From positions 1,428 to 65,427 of the forward strand of contig JAZNPB010000140.1 in the NCBI GenBank assembly GCA_045589435.1: a stretch of 64,000 nt of DNA, in the 5' to 3' direction. How positions within the stretch are numbered: the stretch's first letter is position 1; the number at the start of each line of letters is the position of its first letter. The position numbers and the translations under genes are program-made. Shown here piece after piece: positions 43,224 to 52,739 of the stretch. Origin of the DNA: Eubacteriales bacterium (GTDB lineage: Bacteria; Bacillota; Clostridia; Oscillospirales; CAG-272). The notes beneath the pieces were generated by a model. That model did not search any database and had not been told where the DNA came from. It saw only the letters and a list, made by a program, of their open reading frames with translations.

Positions 43224-43457
43224 GTACTTTTTCATATTTTTTTCATTTTTTTCGCATTTTTTTATTAATTTTGCATTTTCCGACACACAATCCTGAAGAT
43301 AATGAGCAAAAAGATGATGAAAGTACGACATCTCATCATCCATAAGCTCAAAAAAACACCCGATTTTATCTTCCAAACGGAGAAATTACAAACAAATTCA
43401 CAGGCCAAATCAAAAATGCTATAATAATGATGTAGAAAAACGCAAAGGTGGTACGAT

Positions 43458-44072
43458 ATGAAAGCTCTATTGATCAACGGAAGTCCAAGGGTAAACGGAA
43501 CAACAAAAAGAGCCCTTTTGGAAATAGAAAAACCCCTCAGAAGCGAGGGGTTTGACTGTGAAATTGCAGACGTAAAATCCGACGTTACCGGCTGCCGCGC
43601 CTGTGGGTACTGCAAAAAGGCAGGAAAATGCGTAATAAACGACCAGGTAAATCTACTTTTGCCAAAATTTGAGGAGGCAGACGTAATGATCATAGGCAGC
43701 CCGGTTTATTACGCTTCACCAAACGGCACTCTGATATCACTGCTTGATAGACTTTTCCACAGCGCAAGCTTCGACAAACGAATGAAAGTGGGGGCGGCAG
43801 TAGTTGTGGCAAGACGCGGCGGTCTAACTGCCACCTTTGACGTCATCAACAAGTACTTTACCATATCCGGAATGCCCATTGCATCATCAAGATATTGGAA
43901 TCAACTCCACGGCAGAAATGCAACAGAGGCAGAGGGAGATGCGGAGGGGCTCGCAACACTGCGAGAACTCGGACGAAATGCCGCATTCCTTGCCAAAAGC
44001 ATCAAGCTTGGCAAGGAGGCATATGGGATGCCAAAACAAGAAAATCCAATACTGACAAATTTCATACGATAA
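43458..44072 (+). CDS. flavodoxin-like NAD(P)H-dependent FMN reductase / iron-sulfur flavoprotein family
   Basis: MKALLINGSPRVNGTTK FMN-binding start and CRACGYCKKAGKC cluster motif. Confidence 0.8.
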   Translation: MKALLINGSPRVNGTTKRALLEIEKPLRSEGFDCEIADVKSDVTGCRACGYCKKAGKCVINDQVNLLLPKFEEADVMIIGSPVYYASPNGTLISLLDRLFHSASFDKRMKVGAAVVVARRGGLTATFDVINKYFTISGMPIASSRYWNQLHGRNATEAEGDAEGLATLRELGRNAAFLAKSIKLGKEAYGMPKQENPILTNFIR

Positions 44073-44230
44073 TCAGTTTTTGTGAAAAAGTGGCATTTTT
44101 GTCAATAATTGTTTGCTTATTTGGTGGTTTTTGCAAATAAAAAACAAAAAGCTTGCAAATCGCACTCTGTCAAAAATGCAACTTGCAAGCTCGTTTTTTA
44201 GTTTTGTTTTCCCAATAATTTACCGACAAA

Positions 44231-47200
44231 TCACCGTTTTATCTCAAGCGGCGTTTCATCTTGAGTTTCATAAAGTCTTGCCGCTATGGCAAACGCTATA
44301 ACGTAATAGAACGTGGTAAACACCTGGAAAACGTAATTGTCAAGAAGGCTCTCAACCGCCAGAACGGATGCGCCGAGAATCAGCATGAAACGATCAAGAC
44401 AGAACTTCTTAAACGCAAATCTGATAGTAGCAATACGGTAGAATCCGTAGCAAAGAGTACCAACAACGCCAGTCGCGGCAATAAGCTCGAAAATGGTATT
44501 GTGGGCGTATTCAGGGATATACTCTGCGGGAACAAACTGTGCAGAAACACGCATTCCAAAGAAGCCTGCTCCGAACACGGGATGTTCCTTGAATATCTCA
44601 ACGCATTCTTTCCATATGGTAGTTCTGCTGCTGCTTGATAATCCACGGTCAATATACTGCTTTACTACACCGTTAACGTTGGTGATAATAGAGCCCAATG
44701 CTCCTTCGGGTGCCTGGCCGGGATTGATATAATAGTAACCGAAGTATGCTACAAGCGCTATCACGATCGCTCCGATAATCATTCCAACTATTCTGCCGGC
44801 TCTCTTATTATTTCCGGCAAACATAGAGATAACAAGACAGATTATGAAGTACAGCGTACCCATGAGCATAGCGTTTCTCGAGGTAGTGGCACAACTGGCG
44901 ATCCAGAGAGCAAACGTCGTAACCAAGGAAAGGGCCGGCATCTTGCCTTTTATAAATCCGTAGAAGCTTACGGGTATCATGGTTGACACATGGAAACCAA
45001 CAAGCGTACAAACGCCGTATCCCATAGTCAGCGCATCACGATTCACATATCCGTTAACCAAAACACCATCAAAGATGTAAACCTTTGCAATTTGGATGAT
45101 GAGAATCCACGATGTTAATATAGTAATATAGATGAAGTAATCAACGAGTTTTTTAGGATCATCAAGCTTCAGACCCCAATAAATTATCACGTAAAGAACG
45201 AGATAAACCAGCATCATAAGCGCCGCCCACACAAGGTTCATAATCTTGTATTCGGGGTTAAATGCACCGTTAAGGAACATACCAACGGCAAAGACGCAGA
45301 GCGGAATTATCAGTGGTATCTTTGAAAGCTTTCCTCGGTAGAAGATCCTGTTTCTGAAGATGAATGCAATAAGTGCCACAAAGAGGATCACCATTGCAGC
45401 CATAAGAACGTAAGGACGAGGTCCTGTGTAGTAGTAATCAGATGGATATAGATGCTCCTTAGGAAGCTGATATGCAAAGGTGATAAGGAAAAACAGGAAG
45501 GGCTTTATCGTATTGGACTTGAACATCGCAAAGGAAACCAGGCAAACGTTCACGAATGCAAGGTACACCTCAAGTCCGGTAAGATTGCCTACAAGCACCA
45601 AAACAGCAACGATTATCGGATATATCCAACCGGTAAAGAAGTTCGACGTTGCCCTGCTCTTTTCCTGTGTGGTATCATAAATCTTTTTGTCGGCATCGCC
45701 ACCGGGTTTTGTACCAGGTTTTGTTTTTTTATCATCTTGGCGAGGCTTACGTTTTTTGATGATTACAGGTTCTTTTGTAAATGTAAGTTTGCATAATGCT
45801 GACTTATCAGCATATTTATCTACCTTTTCGAGTTTCGCGATCTTTTCATCATCAGGAACAAGTTTAAGATACTCGATAGGAACGAACTTGCTGATTCTCT
45901 TGTGATCAGCAAGATGAATTTCATCGTCGCGACTTCCTTTTCCACCCTTGATCTCATCTCTGTAAAGCAAAGCGGCTACAGCCACCAAAATGGTGTAGAA
46001 AACAGGGGAGAAAATCTGGAAATTGAAGTTATCCACAAGGCTGGAAACCATAACGTAAGACGCAGAAAGCATCAGCAAAAATCTATCCAGCGAGGCGCGT
46101 CTAAACGCCACAACAAAGGTTGAAATTCTGTAAATTGAGTAGCTGATAAAGCCTACGATACCCGTGGCTCCGAGAAGCTCAAAAACGGTATTATGCGCAA
46201 AATCAGGTATCAGATCCATGCCGAACTCTTTGTCAAACTGTGCAAATGAATTTGGCGTTGTAAGCTCGAGGGTGAAGAAGCCTTTTCCAAATATTGGGCT
46301 CTCAAGGAAGGCTTCAAACGCAGCTATCCAAAGAGTTTTTCTGCCGTTATTGCCCATTCCGCGCTGAATGTAAAGATCAATAATGGACATTAGCTGCTCG
46401 CGGAAGACGATAGCCAAAACGGCAACAATAGCAACGAATGCTATCAAGAGCTTTATCATCTGCTTTCCTCTCTGTCCGGAGACAATCGAGATAATGAAGC
46501 AAAGTATAAAGTAAAGGCCGCCAAATAGCATGGCGTTTCTCGAGGTAGTTGTCAGTGCTATTGCATAAACGCAAACGGCTGTAAAAATTGAGAGATACGG
46601 GCGCTTGCCCTTGATAAATCCGTGGAAGTTCGCGGGAATGAGCATAGCCACGTGCGCACCAACGATATTACAGCTACCGACACCGAGTACAATGAATTTA
46701 CGGTCGGAAACAGCGCCAAGAGTTGCCTCGCCGCTGATGAAAACGTACGCAACCTGAATTATCAGTACCCATGACATCAAAATTACAATGTGGTGTATGT
46801 AGTCTAGGAGATTTTTGCGGTTTTCTCTGCGCAAGCCAAGGTAGCAAAAAACGTAAATTATCAGGTAAACGAACACCTGACCAAGTCCCCAAAGCAAATC
46901 TTCAAGATCGTCGCCCTCAACCAAAAGTCCGTTAAGAAGCATCGCCACCGAGAATATCAAAAGCGGAATCAAAAGCGGTATCTCACGCCATGACACCTTA
47001 AAGAGCCTTGCTCTGAACACAAATATGACGAATGACAGAACAAGTATCGCCGCCGTTGCAATAAGAAGATATGGATTTATGCCCTCAAAATAATGCTTTG
47101 ACTCATAAGGCTTCATATACAGATGCCTGGGATTGAACTGCAGCATGAAGGTCATAATATAGAAAAGCATCGGCTTTATCGTCTTGGTTTTTACGATGGC

Positions 47201-47341
47201 AAATCCCACAAGAATGGCAGATGCGAGTATCGTATATACCTCAAATCCGCTGAAGAATCCAAAAATTATCAGCAAAAAATGCAGTACCGGATACCATTCT
47301 CCCAATAAGAATTTGTCAATCTTCTTTGACGTAGTTGACAT
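44231..47341 (-). CDS. fused tandem O-antigen ligase/polymerase-like (Wzy_C) membrane protein
   Basis: Two homologous polytopic halves of about 480 aa. Each has TTSRNAML, (F)GKGFF/GAGFF and AHNT(V/I)FEL motifs. They are joined by a basic soluble linker. Start at ATG 47341 after AAGGAGA. Confidence 0.75.
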   Translation of the reverse strand: MSTTSKKIDKFLLGEWYPVLHFLLIIFGFFSGFEVYTILASAILVGFAIVKTKTIKPMLFYIMTFMLQFNPRHLYMKPYESKHYFEGINPYLLIATAAILVLSFVIFVFRARLFKVSWREIPLLIPLLIFSVAMLLNGLLVEGDDLEDLLWGLGQVFVYLIIYVFCYLGLRRENRKNLLDYIHHIVILMSWVLIIQVAYVFISGEATLGAVSDRKFIVLGVGSCNIVGAHVAMLIPANFHGFIKGKRPYLSIFTAVCVYAIALTTTSRNAMLFGGLYFILCFIISIVSGQRGKQMIKLLIAFVAIVAVLAIVFREQLMSIIDLYIQRGMGNNGRKTLWIAAFEAFLESPIFGKGFFTLELTTPNSFAQFDKEFGMDLIPDFAHNTVFELLGATGIVGFISYSIYRISTFVVAFRRASLDRFLLMLSASYVMVSSLVDNFNFQIFSPVFYTILVAVAALLYRDEIKGGKGSRDDEIHLADHKRISKFVPIEYLKLVPDDEKIAKLEKVDKYADKSALCKLTFTKEPVIIKKRKPRQDDKKTKPGTKPGGDADKKIYDTTQEKSRATSNFFTGWIYPIIVAVLVLVGNLTGLEVYLAFVNVCLVSFAMFKSNTIKPFLFFLITFAYQLPKEHLYPSDYYYTGPRPYVLMAAMVILFVALIAFIFRNRIFYRGKLSKIPLIIPLCVFAVGMFLNGAFNPEYKIMNLVWAALMMLVYLVLYVIIYWGLKLDDPKKLVDYFIYITILTSWILIIQIAKVYIFDGVLVNGYVNRDALTMGYGVCTLVGFHVSTMIPVSFYGFIKGKMPALSLVTTFALWIASCATTSRNAMLMGTLYFIICLVISMFAGNNKRAGRIVGMIIGAIVIALVAYFGYYYINPGQAPEGALGSIITNVNGVVKQYIDRGLSSSSRTTIWKECVEIFKEHPVFGAGFFGMRVSAQFVPAEYIPEYAHNTIFELIAATGVVGTLCYGFYRIATIRFAFKKFCLDRFMLILGASVLAVESLLDNYVFQVFTTFYYVIAFAIAARLYETQDETPLEIKR

Positions 47342-47394
47342 TTGCGGCTCTCCTTTATAAAACGAAAATTCAAGAAAAAACAATTAGATATTTT

Positions 47395-47423
47395 ATTATA
47401 CAATATAAAGAGTTTTTTGTCAA
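47395..47423 (-). promoter_or_regulatory. sigma-70 type promoter
   Basis: Minus strand: TTGACA, 17 nt spacer, TATAAT. Confidence 0.6.
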
Positions 47424-47955
47424 TATTAATGCGGCTAAAAAATATTAAATAATATTAATTTTTTTGCGCAAAGCTACTAAAAACACTTAAAAACCGAGCG
47501 ACATCAAAGTGCCCTATGCGTGAACTTTTCTAACACAGGCTCTTACGATAATCGCCAGCAAACTCCGCTTTTTCCTTCACATTTGATAATATAAGTTTAC
47601 ATTTATATGTATTTCGAGCCAAAAAGCAACGTAATCCAAAAACATTTATTTAGAATGTGTATTGATTATCACAAAAAAACCGAGAGTATAATCCAAACCC
47701 ACAACCAGTATTAACAGCCATTTTTTACAACCTGATATTTCCCATAAAACCACTGATTAAAAAGTGCTTTTTCGCAGCAGGCAGTCATGTACTTAAAAGC
47801 TACTTTAATCAACCATTATGTCAAGTGAAAAGGGAAATCCGCTTGCATATTTAATCCAAAAAAAGTAAAAACCGAAATCACCACATGGAGAGAAACCGAT
47901 AACAAAAGCATTTTCAAATAATGACAAAAAAATTGAAAAACTTTTAAAAAACCTA

Positions 47956-47984
47956 TTGACATTTTGTTTTAGGTGTGATATAAT
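47956..47984 (+). promoter_or_regulatory. sigma-70 type promoter of the tRNA-Met/tRNA-Glu operon
   Basis: TTGACA, 17 nt spacer, TATAAT. Extended identity with the promoter at 1610-1638. Confidence 0.65.
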
Positions 47985-48015
47985 ATCCTAGCGTTGGAAT
48001 TCCAGCGAAGTTTGT

Positions 48016-48092
48016 GGCGGATTAGCTCAGCTGGCTAGAGCGCCCGGTTCATACCCGGTAGGTCGTTGGTTCAAATCCGACATCCGCTACCA
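48016..48092 (+). tRNA. tRNA-Met (anticodon CAU; elongator-type backbone)
   Basis: GGCGGATTAGCTCAGCTGGCTAGAGCG...TTCATAC...GGTTCAAATCC...CGCTACCA. A lysidine-modified tRNA-Ile2 cannot be formally excluded. Confidence 0.85.
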
Positions 48093-48097
48093 CAAGC

Positions 48098-48172
48098 GGC
48101 CCGTTGGTCAAGCGGTTAAGACACGGCCCTTTCACGGCTGTAACATGGGTTCGATTCCCGTACGGGTCACCA
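48098..48172 (+). tRNA. tRNA-Glu (anticodon UUC)
   Basis: GGCCCGTTGGTCAAGCGGTTAAGACACGGCCCTTTCACGGCTGTAACATGGGTTCGATTCCCGTACGGGTCACCA. Confidence 0.9.
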
Positions 48173-48175
48173 AAA

Positions 48176-48216
48176 ACAACCTAATCCTATTCCGGATTGG
48201 GTTGTTTTTCTTTTTT
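48176..48216 (+). terminator. intrinsic terminator of the tRNA operon
   Basis: 12-bp stem ACAACCTAATCC/GGATTGGGTTGT, 6-nt loop, then TTTTTCTTTTTT. Confidence 0.7.
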
Positions 48217-48347
48217 GGGTGACCTGTACGAGGAATCTCACACAGCGACGTATGTCGCATGGGTTCGCATACCCCACCCGAAGATCTGAAAGCTCGCTTT
48301 CAAGGCGTAGGGTGTGGGTATATTCATCTTTGATGAAATTCCCGTAC
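48216..48347 (+). repeat. tRNA-Glu-derived structured element, copy A
   Basis: 48216-48240 is an inverted, diverged tRNA-Glu 3'-third (TGGGTGACCTGTACGAGGAATCTCAC). GGGTTCG follows at 48261, then a nested hairpin (48269-48321), a small hairpin, and ATTCCCGTAC (48338-48347). Confidence 0.55.
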
Positions 48348-48384
48348 ATTCTATTAAAACTAATAAATAGTTAACGTCGCAAAA

Positions 48385-48589
48385 CTCGGATTGGGTGGTG
48401 CTTTTCTTTCCTTTGGTGATCCGTCGGGATCGACCCACCCTGAAAATTGCAAATTTTTCAGGATATGGGTATTGCCGCTCGGAGATTGGCAAGCTTGTTT
48501 GCCAGGCGGAGAGCGAGCAAATATTCACCCTCGGCGAAATTCCTGTGTCGGAAGTTTTATAGGGTGAGCAAATTCTCGTACGGTTCACA
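48385..48589 (+). repeat. tRNA-Glu-derived structured element, copy B (includes a copy of the terminator 3' arm)
   Basis: 48385-48437 aligns with 48193-48240 (CGGATTGGGT.GT..TTTTC.. + TGGTGATCCGTCGGGATCGACCCA). GGGTA follows at 48467, then a nested hairpin (48472-48520), a second hairpin, and AATTCTCGTACGGTTCACA (48571-48589). Confidence 0.55.
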
Positions 48590-48677
48590 CGCCTTGGTGC
48601 TACATAGTTGACTTTTGAGTTTGATTATAGTATAATTAACTTACCAAAAATCCAGAATTTACGGAGGAGTAAACAAA

Positions 48678-49079
48678 ATGAGACTTGATGGATTTGGGTT
48701 ATTTGTAAATGACATGGCTAATATGATTCGCTTTTATAGAGATGTTTTAGGCTTTGAAATAAAGGAAAGTGAAAATACCTCAAATGTATATTTGATCAAG
48801 GATGACACATTATTTCTTTTGTACGGAAGAAAAGATTTTGAAAAAATGACAAGCCGTAAATATGAATATGTAAAAGGACTCAATGGTCATACAGAAATTG
48901 CATTGTATGTTGATACTTTTGAAGAAGTTGATGCTGAATACGAAAGAGCGATCTCTAATGGTGCCGTTTCTGTATTGGAGCCCGAAACAGAGCCTTGGGG
49001 ACAAAGAACTTGCTATATTGCAGACCCTGAAGGAAATCTGATCGAAATAGGTTCTTTTAACAAGCCATTTAGAAGCTGA
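48678..49079 (+). CDS. VOC family protein (glyoxalase/bleomycin-resistance fold)
   Basis: 133 aa. Typical ...FYRDVLGFE... and C-terminal WGQRTCYIADPEGNLIEI. Confidence 0.8.
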   Translation: MRLDGFGLFVNDMANMIRFYRDVLGFEIKESENTSNVYLIKDDTLFLLYGRKDFEKMTSRKYEYVKGLNGHTEIALYVDTFEEVDAEYERAISNGAVSVLEPETEPWGQRTCYIADPEGNLIEIGSFNKPFRS

Positions 49080-49139
49080 CATTTTATTTGTCAGGGCATA
49101 GCCAATTACTGTACACTTTTTACTAAAAATAAGAAAAAA

Positions 49140-49162
49140 GCGCCTCGCTTGAGGCGCGTTTT
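49140..49162. terminator. bidirectional intrinsic terminator
   Basis: GCGCCTC-GCTT-GAGGCGC flanked by an A-run and a T-run, between convergent genes. Confidence 0.65.
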
Positions 49163-49252
49163 ATGTTTCTACTATATCTTTATCTTTATAATCCTGAATT
49201 GATAGCTGCTTTTATAAAAAACTCTCTAACCACTAGTTCAATCATTCAATAA

Positions 49253-50068
49253 TCAAAGATTTAAGAAATCCTTTCTGTACTTCACACCAAAGAATTCAGC
49301 AAGCTCTACCATTTCCTCATCTTTGATGGTATTGATGCGAGGGAGATGGGCTGTCAGCATATAGATTTCAGCTGCCTTTTCTACGGTTTCGATAAGACCA
49401 AAGGTTTCGTCCATAGTTTTTCCTGCTCCATAGATGCCGTGCATTCCCCAGACCACAAGGCGAAATTCCTTCATTTTTTTTGCTGTGGCTTCGCCAATTT
49501 CGTTGGTGCCGCAGAGCATCCAAGGGAGAACACCTATGCCGTCGGGGAACACAACGATGCACTCGGTGCACATTTCCCAAAGGGTGTGAGTGAATTTCTT
49601 TTCGTCAAGCTCATGAACATAGTTCATAGCCAGAGTATGCGTGGGGTGAGAGTGCATTACCACTCTGTTATCAGGATCGACCGAAAGGCGAGCGATATGA
49701 CTCATAAGGTGAGCGGGAAGCTCGCTTGTAAAGCGTCCGCCGTCTGAATAACCCCAGAGGAGATTTGCAGTCTTTCCGTCTTCTGCAATGCGGATTATAC
49801 CAAGATTTGTTTCGGGATCATCATTTACATTCTTAAAATATTTACCCGTTCCTGTAACAATAAAAATTTTGCCAATCAACGCCATGGCATCAAATCCGAG
49901 AGGAATCTGGCGAAGTGAATTGTCTATATCAAGATATTCTGCAACCTCATTTTCATCCAGCATATAGCTGATGTTTCCGCCGTTACGCTCATCCCAACCA
50001 AGACGATACATATTGGCGCAGGTCTTTATCATTTCTGTAACAAAGGGGGCTTCAAGTATATTTTTCAT
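49253..50068 (-). CDS. rhaD: rhamnulose-1-phosphate aldolase
   Basis: Class II aldolase. N-terminus ...MYRLGWDERNGGNISYML and His ligands (MHSHPTH). ATGA overlap with rhaA. Confidence 0.85.
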   Translation of the reverse strand: MKNILEAPFVTEMIKTCANMYRLGWDERNGGNISYMLDENEVAEYLDIDNSLRQIPLGFDAMALIGKIFIVTGTGKYFKNVNDDPETNLGIIRIAEDGKTANLLWGYSDGGRFTSELPAHLMSHIARLSVDPDNRVVMHSHPTHTLAMNYVHELDEKKFTHTLWEMCTECIVVFPDGIGVLPWMLCGTNEIGEATAKKMKEFRLVVWGMHGIYGAGKTMDETFGLIETVEKAAEIYMLTAHLPRINTIKDEEMVELAEFFGVKYRKDFLNL

Positions 50069-51303
50069 CTCTTTGATAAAACCTCACTTTCGTATTTTCT
50101 GACCTCGGAGAGATAGTTTTTAGGCACATTTTCGCGCGTAAGGAACTCATCCCAAACATCACCAAACGGCATTATTTTCATCTCCTCGGAGAGGTACATA
50201 ATTTCCGTAAAATCATTTTTGTCCTGAAGTTCTTTCATTTTAGAATCGGGCTGAAGAAGGGCAAAAAGCAAACTTTTCTGTACATTTCGTACGCCTGTAA
50301 CCCATGCAGAGATACGGTTGATTGAAGCGTCAAAATAATCTGTTGCGATAAACACGCGATCTAAAGCGTCATTTCTCACGATTTCCTTTGCGATCTCTTT
50401 TGTTTCATCATCAAATATAACAACGTGGTCGGAATCCCAGCGAACGGCGCGAGTTACGTGGAGAGCGATCTTCTCGTTAAAGAGGAGAAGCGAGGAGATC
50501 TTGTCGCTTACCATTTCGGTCGGATGATAGTGACCGTTGTCCATAAGAGGAGTGATACCCTTATAGTCCGAATAAGAAAGGCAGAATTCTGCACTTCCTA
50601 CGGTGTAACTCTCAAGACCGATTCCAAAAACCTTAGATTCAAGAGTTACGTAAACCTTGCTCTTGTCGTAGGGAGTATCAAGGATCTCATCAAGACTAGC
50701 CTTGAATCTCGCTCTGGGGGAAAGTCGATCTGCGGGAATGTCCTTATATCCGTCGGGGATCCATATGTTCATAACACAGGGGATACCCGTTTCGGTGGCA
50801 AAGTATTCTGCTATTTTAAGGCAGGCAATACCGTGGTTTATCCAATACTTTCTGACTTCCTCATCAGGAGATGAAAGTGTGAGATTATCTTTTACCATAG
50901 GGTGGGAAAAGAAGGTAGGGTTAAAGTCAATTCCCATTTTTCTTGCTTTCGCAAATTCTACCCATCTCTTAAAGTGCTTTGGCTGGATCTTATCTCTGCC
51001 CACCGCTTCTCCGTCTTCGAAGATTGCATAGGACGCGTGAAGATTCAGTTTCTTCTTTCCCGGGATCAGGGAGAACGCCTTATCATAGTCTGCCATAAGC
51101 TCATCCGGGGTGTTTGCCTTGCCGGGATAGTTGCCCGTTGTCTGTATTCCTCCGGAAAGGCTCTCACGGCTATCAAAGCCAATTACGTCGTCACCCTGCC
51201 AACAATGCACACTAATATTTACATTTTTAAGAATTTCGATAGCTTTTTCCGTATCAATGCCAAAAACAGCATAAACCTTTTTTGCTTCTGTATATCTGCT
51301 CAT
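50065..51303 (-). CDS. rhaA: L-rhamnose isomerase
   Basis: 412 aa. ...ISVHCWQGDDVIGF..., ...LNLHASYA..., MDNGHYHPTE. Confidence 0.9.
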   Translation of the reverse strand: MSRYTEAKKVYAVFGIDTEKAIEILKNVNISVHCWQGDDVIGFDSRESLSGGIQTTGNYPGKANTPDELMADYDKAFSLIPGKKKLNLHASYAIFEDGEAVGRDKIQPKHFKRWVEFAKARKMGIDFNPTFFSHPMVKDNLTLSSPDEEVRKYWINHGIACLKIAEYFATETGIPCVMNIWIPDGYKDIPADRLSPRARFKASLDEILDTPYDKSKVYVTLESKVFGIGLESYTVGSAEFCLSYSDYKGITPLMDNGHYHPTEMVSDKISSLLLFNEKIALHVTRAVRWDSDHVVIFDDETKEIAKEIVRNDALDRVFIATDYFDASINRISAWVTGVRNVQKSLLFALLQPDSKMKELQDKNDFTEIMYLSEEMKIMPFGDVWDEFLTRENVPKNYLSEVRKYESEVLSKR

Positions 51304-52598
51304 TTATCTCTCTCCATCTGTATTTTTAAGTTTCCAATGGCAGTTGCCTCAATAGGCAGAGCCACCACTTTTTTGCCCGTGGCAGCCTCAGTAAGATCAT
51401 TGAGGAACTTATTCCTTGCGCCACCACCTACAATGTATATTTTATCATATTTTTGATTTGTATTTGCTTCAAGCTCCTCGATGGCAACTCGATAGCTCTG
51501 TGCCAGACTACGATAAGCACAACGGAAATAATCCCCCATATTTTCAAGACCACTCGTAGCTTTATCGAATGCCGCCTTCATACTATCCGGAGCAAGAAAT
51601 TCTCTGGCGTTTGCATCTACCAGTCCATCATATCTGCTCGCCTCTGCCATCCTCACGATTTCTGAAAACGACGTGTCAGGGCAAAGCTCTTTTTGAAGCT
51701 CGTTTACAAGCCACATTCCCATAATATTTTTCTGATAGCGGTTATATCCAACGCCGCCCTCGTTTGAGTAATTTGCCACCTCGCTGCCTTTATCGGTTAT
51801 AGGCTTTTCGGTCTTTACTCCAAGGAGCGACCAAGTGCCGGAAGAAATATAGGGGTGATTTCCCACCATGGGGATACCCTCCACCGCAGAACCTGTATCA
51901 TGAGTCGCGCAGAATATCACCTTGCAGTCGCCACCTACCGTCTCCCTCACCTCGGGAAGGAGATTTCCAAGCACAGTGCCAGGTTGCATAAGAGTCGGAA
52001 ACAGATGCTGTGGATACCCAAGCGACTCAATGATTTCTTTATCAAACTCGCCCTCCTCGGCATTTATCATGCCGGTAGTGGTAGCGTTAGTATACTCGCG
52101 AGCCTTAACTCCACACAGTCGCCACATCAGGTATTCAGGGATCATAAGCATATCGGTTGCCTCGTCTAAACGACCGTCAACCTTGTCGCAATACAACTGA
52201 TATATTGTATTAAAAGGTTGGAACTGACAGCCAACTCGACTATATAATCTTGAAAATGGGGTTTTTTCATGAACTGTCGGAATCACAGCCTCTGTTCTGC
52301 CATCTCTGTAAGCATAAACCGGCATAATTTCCCTATCGCCTGCCAGCAGCACGTAATCAACACCCCATGTGTCGATAGACAAGCTTTCTATTTTCGGATA
52401 AAAGCGAAATGCCTCAGCAATTCCTTCAAGAACGCTTTTGTACAGCGCTTTCATATCCCAAACCAAGTGACCGTTTTCCTTTTTTACGCCGTTCGGAAAG
52501 CGGAAGACCTCTTTTGTTTTTATTTCACTTCCCTCGCACCATCCAACGATGTGCCTGCCAGAAGATGCGCCAATGTCTATTGCTAAATAATATGCCAA
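51300..52598 (-). CDS. rhaB: rhamnulokinase (FGGY family)
   Basis: AIDIGASSGRHIVG phosphate-binding start. The start is set to TTG 52598, which lies 6 nt after AAAGGAGA. The longer ORF-track start has no RBS. Confidence 0.85.
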   Translation of the reverse strand: MAYYLAIDIGASSGRHIVGWCEGSEIKTKEVFRFPNGVKKENGHLVWDMKALYKSVLEGIAEAFRFYPKIESLSIDTWGVDYVLLAGDREIMPVYAYRDGRTEAVIPTVHEKTPFSRLYSRVGCQFQPFNTIYQLYCDKVDGRLDEATDMLMIPEYLMWRLCGVKAREYTNATTTGMINAEEGEFDKEIIESLGYPQHLFPTLMQPGTVLGNLLPEVRETVGGDCKVIFCATHDTGSAVEGIPMVGNHPYISSGTWSLLGVKTEKPITDKGSEVANYSNEGGVGYNRYQKNIMGMWLVNELQKELCPDTSFSEIVRMAEASRYDGLVDANAREFLAPDSMKAAFDKATSGLENMGDYFRCAYRSLAQSYRVAIEELEANTNQKYDKIYIVGGGARNKFLNDLTEAATGKKVVALPIEATAIGNLKIQMERDK

Positions 52599-52739
52599 GA
52601 TAGATCTCCTTTCATAGTTAGCTATTCTAATGATATCATAAAATATGCAAAAATAAAAGGACATAATTTGCTTAAAAAAGTGTCCTTATTTGTATTGATT
52701 TTTCATTGATTGTATGCTAAAATAAAGCGAGGTGATTTT

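Noticed and set aside
43035-43693. ORFs 43265-43693 (-), 43035-43376 (-) and 42987-43268 (+) between coaW and the flavoprotein gene.
   Set aside because: The region is an AT-rich promoter region. The ORFs overlap the flavoprotein gene antisense and have no RBS, and their translations are low-complexity.
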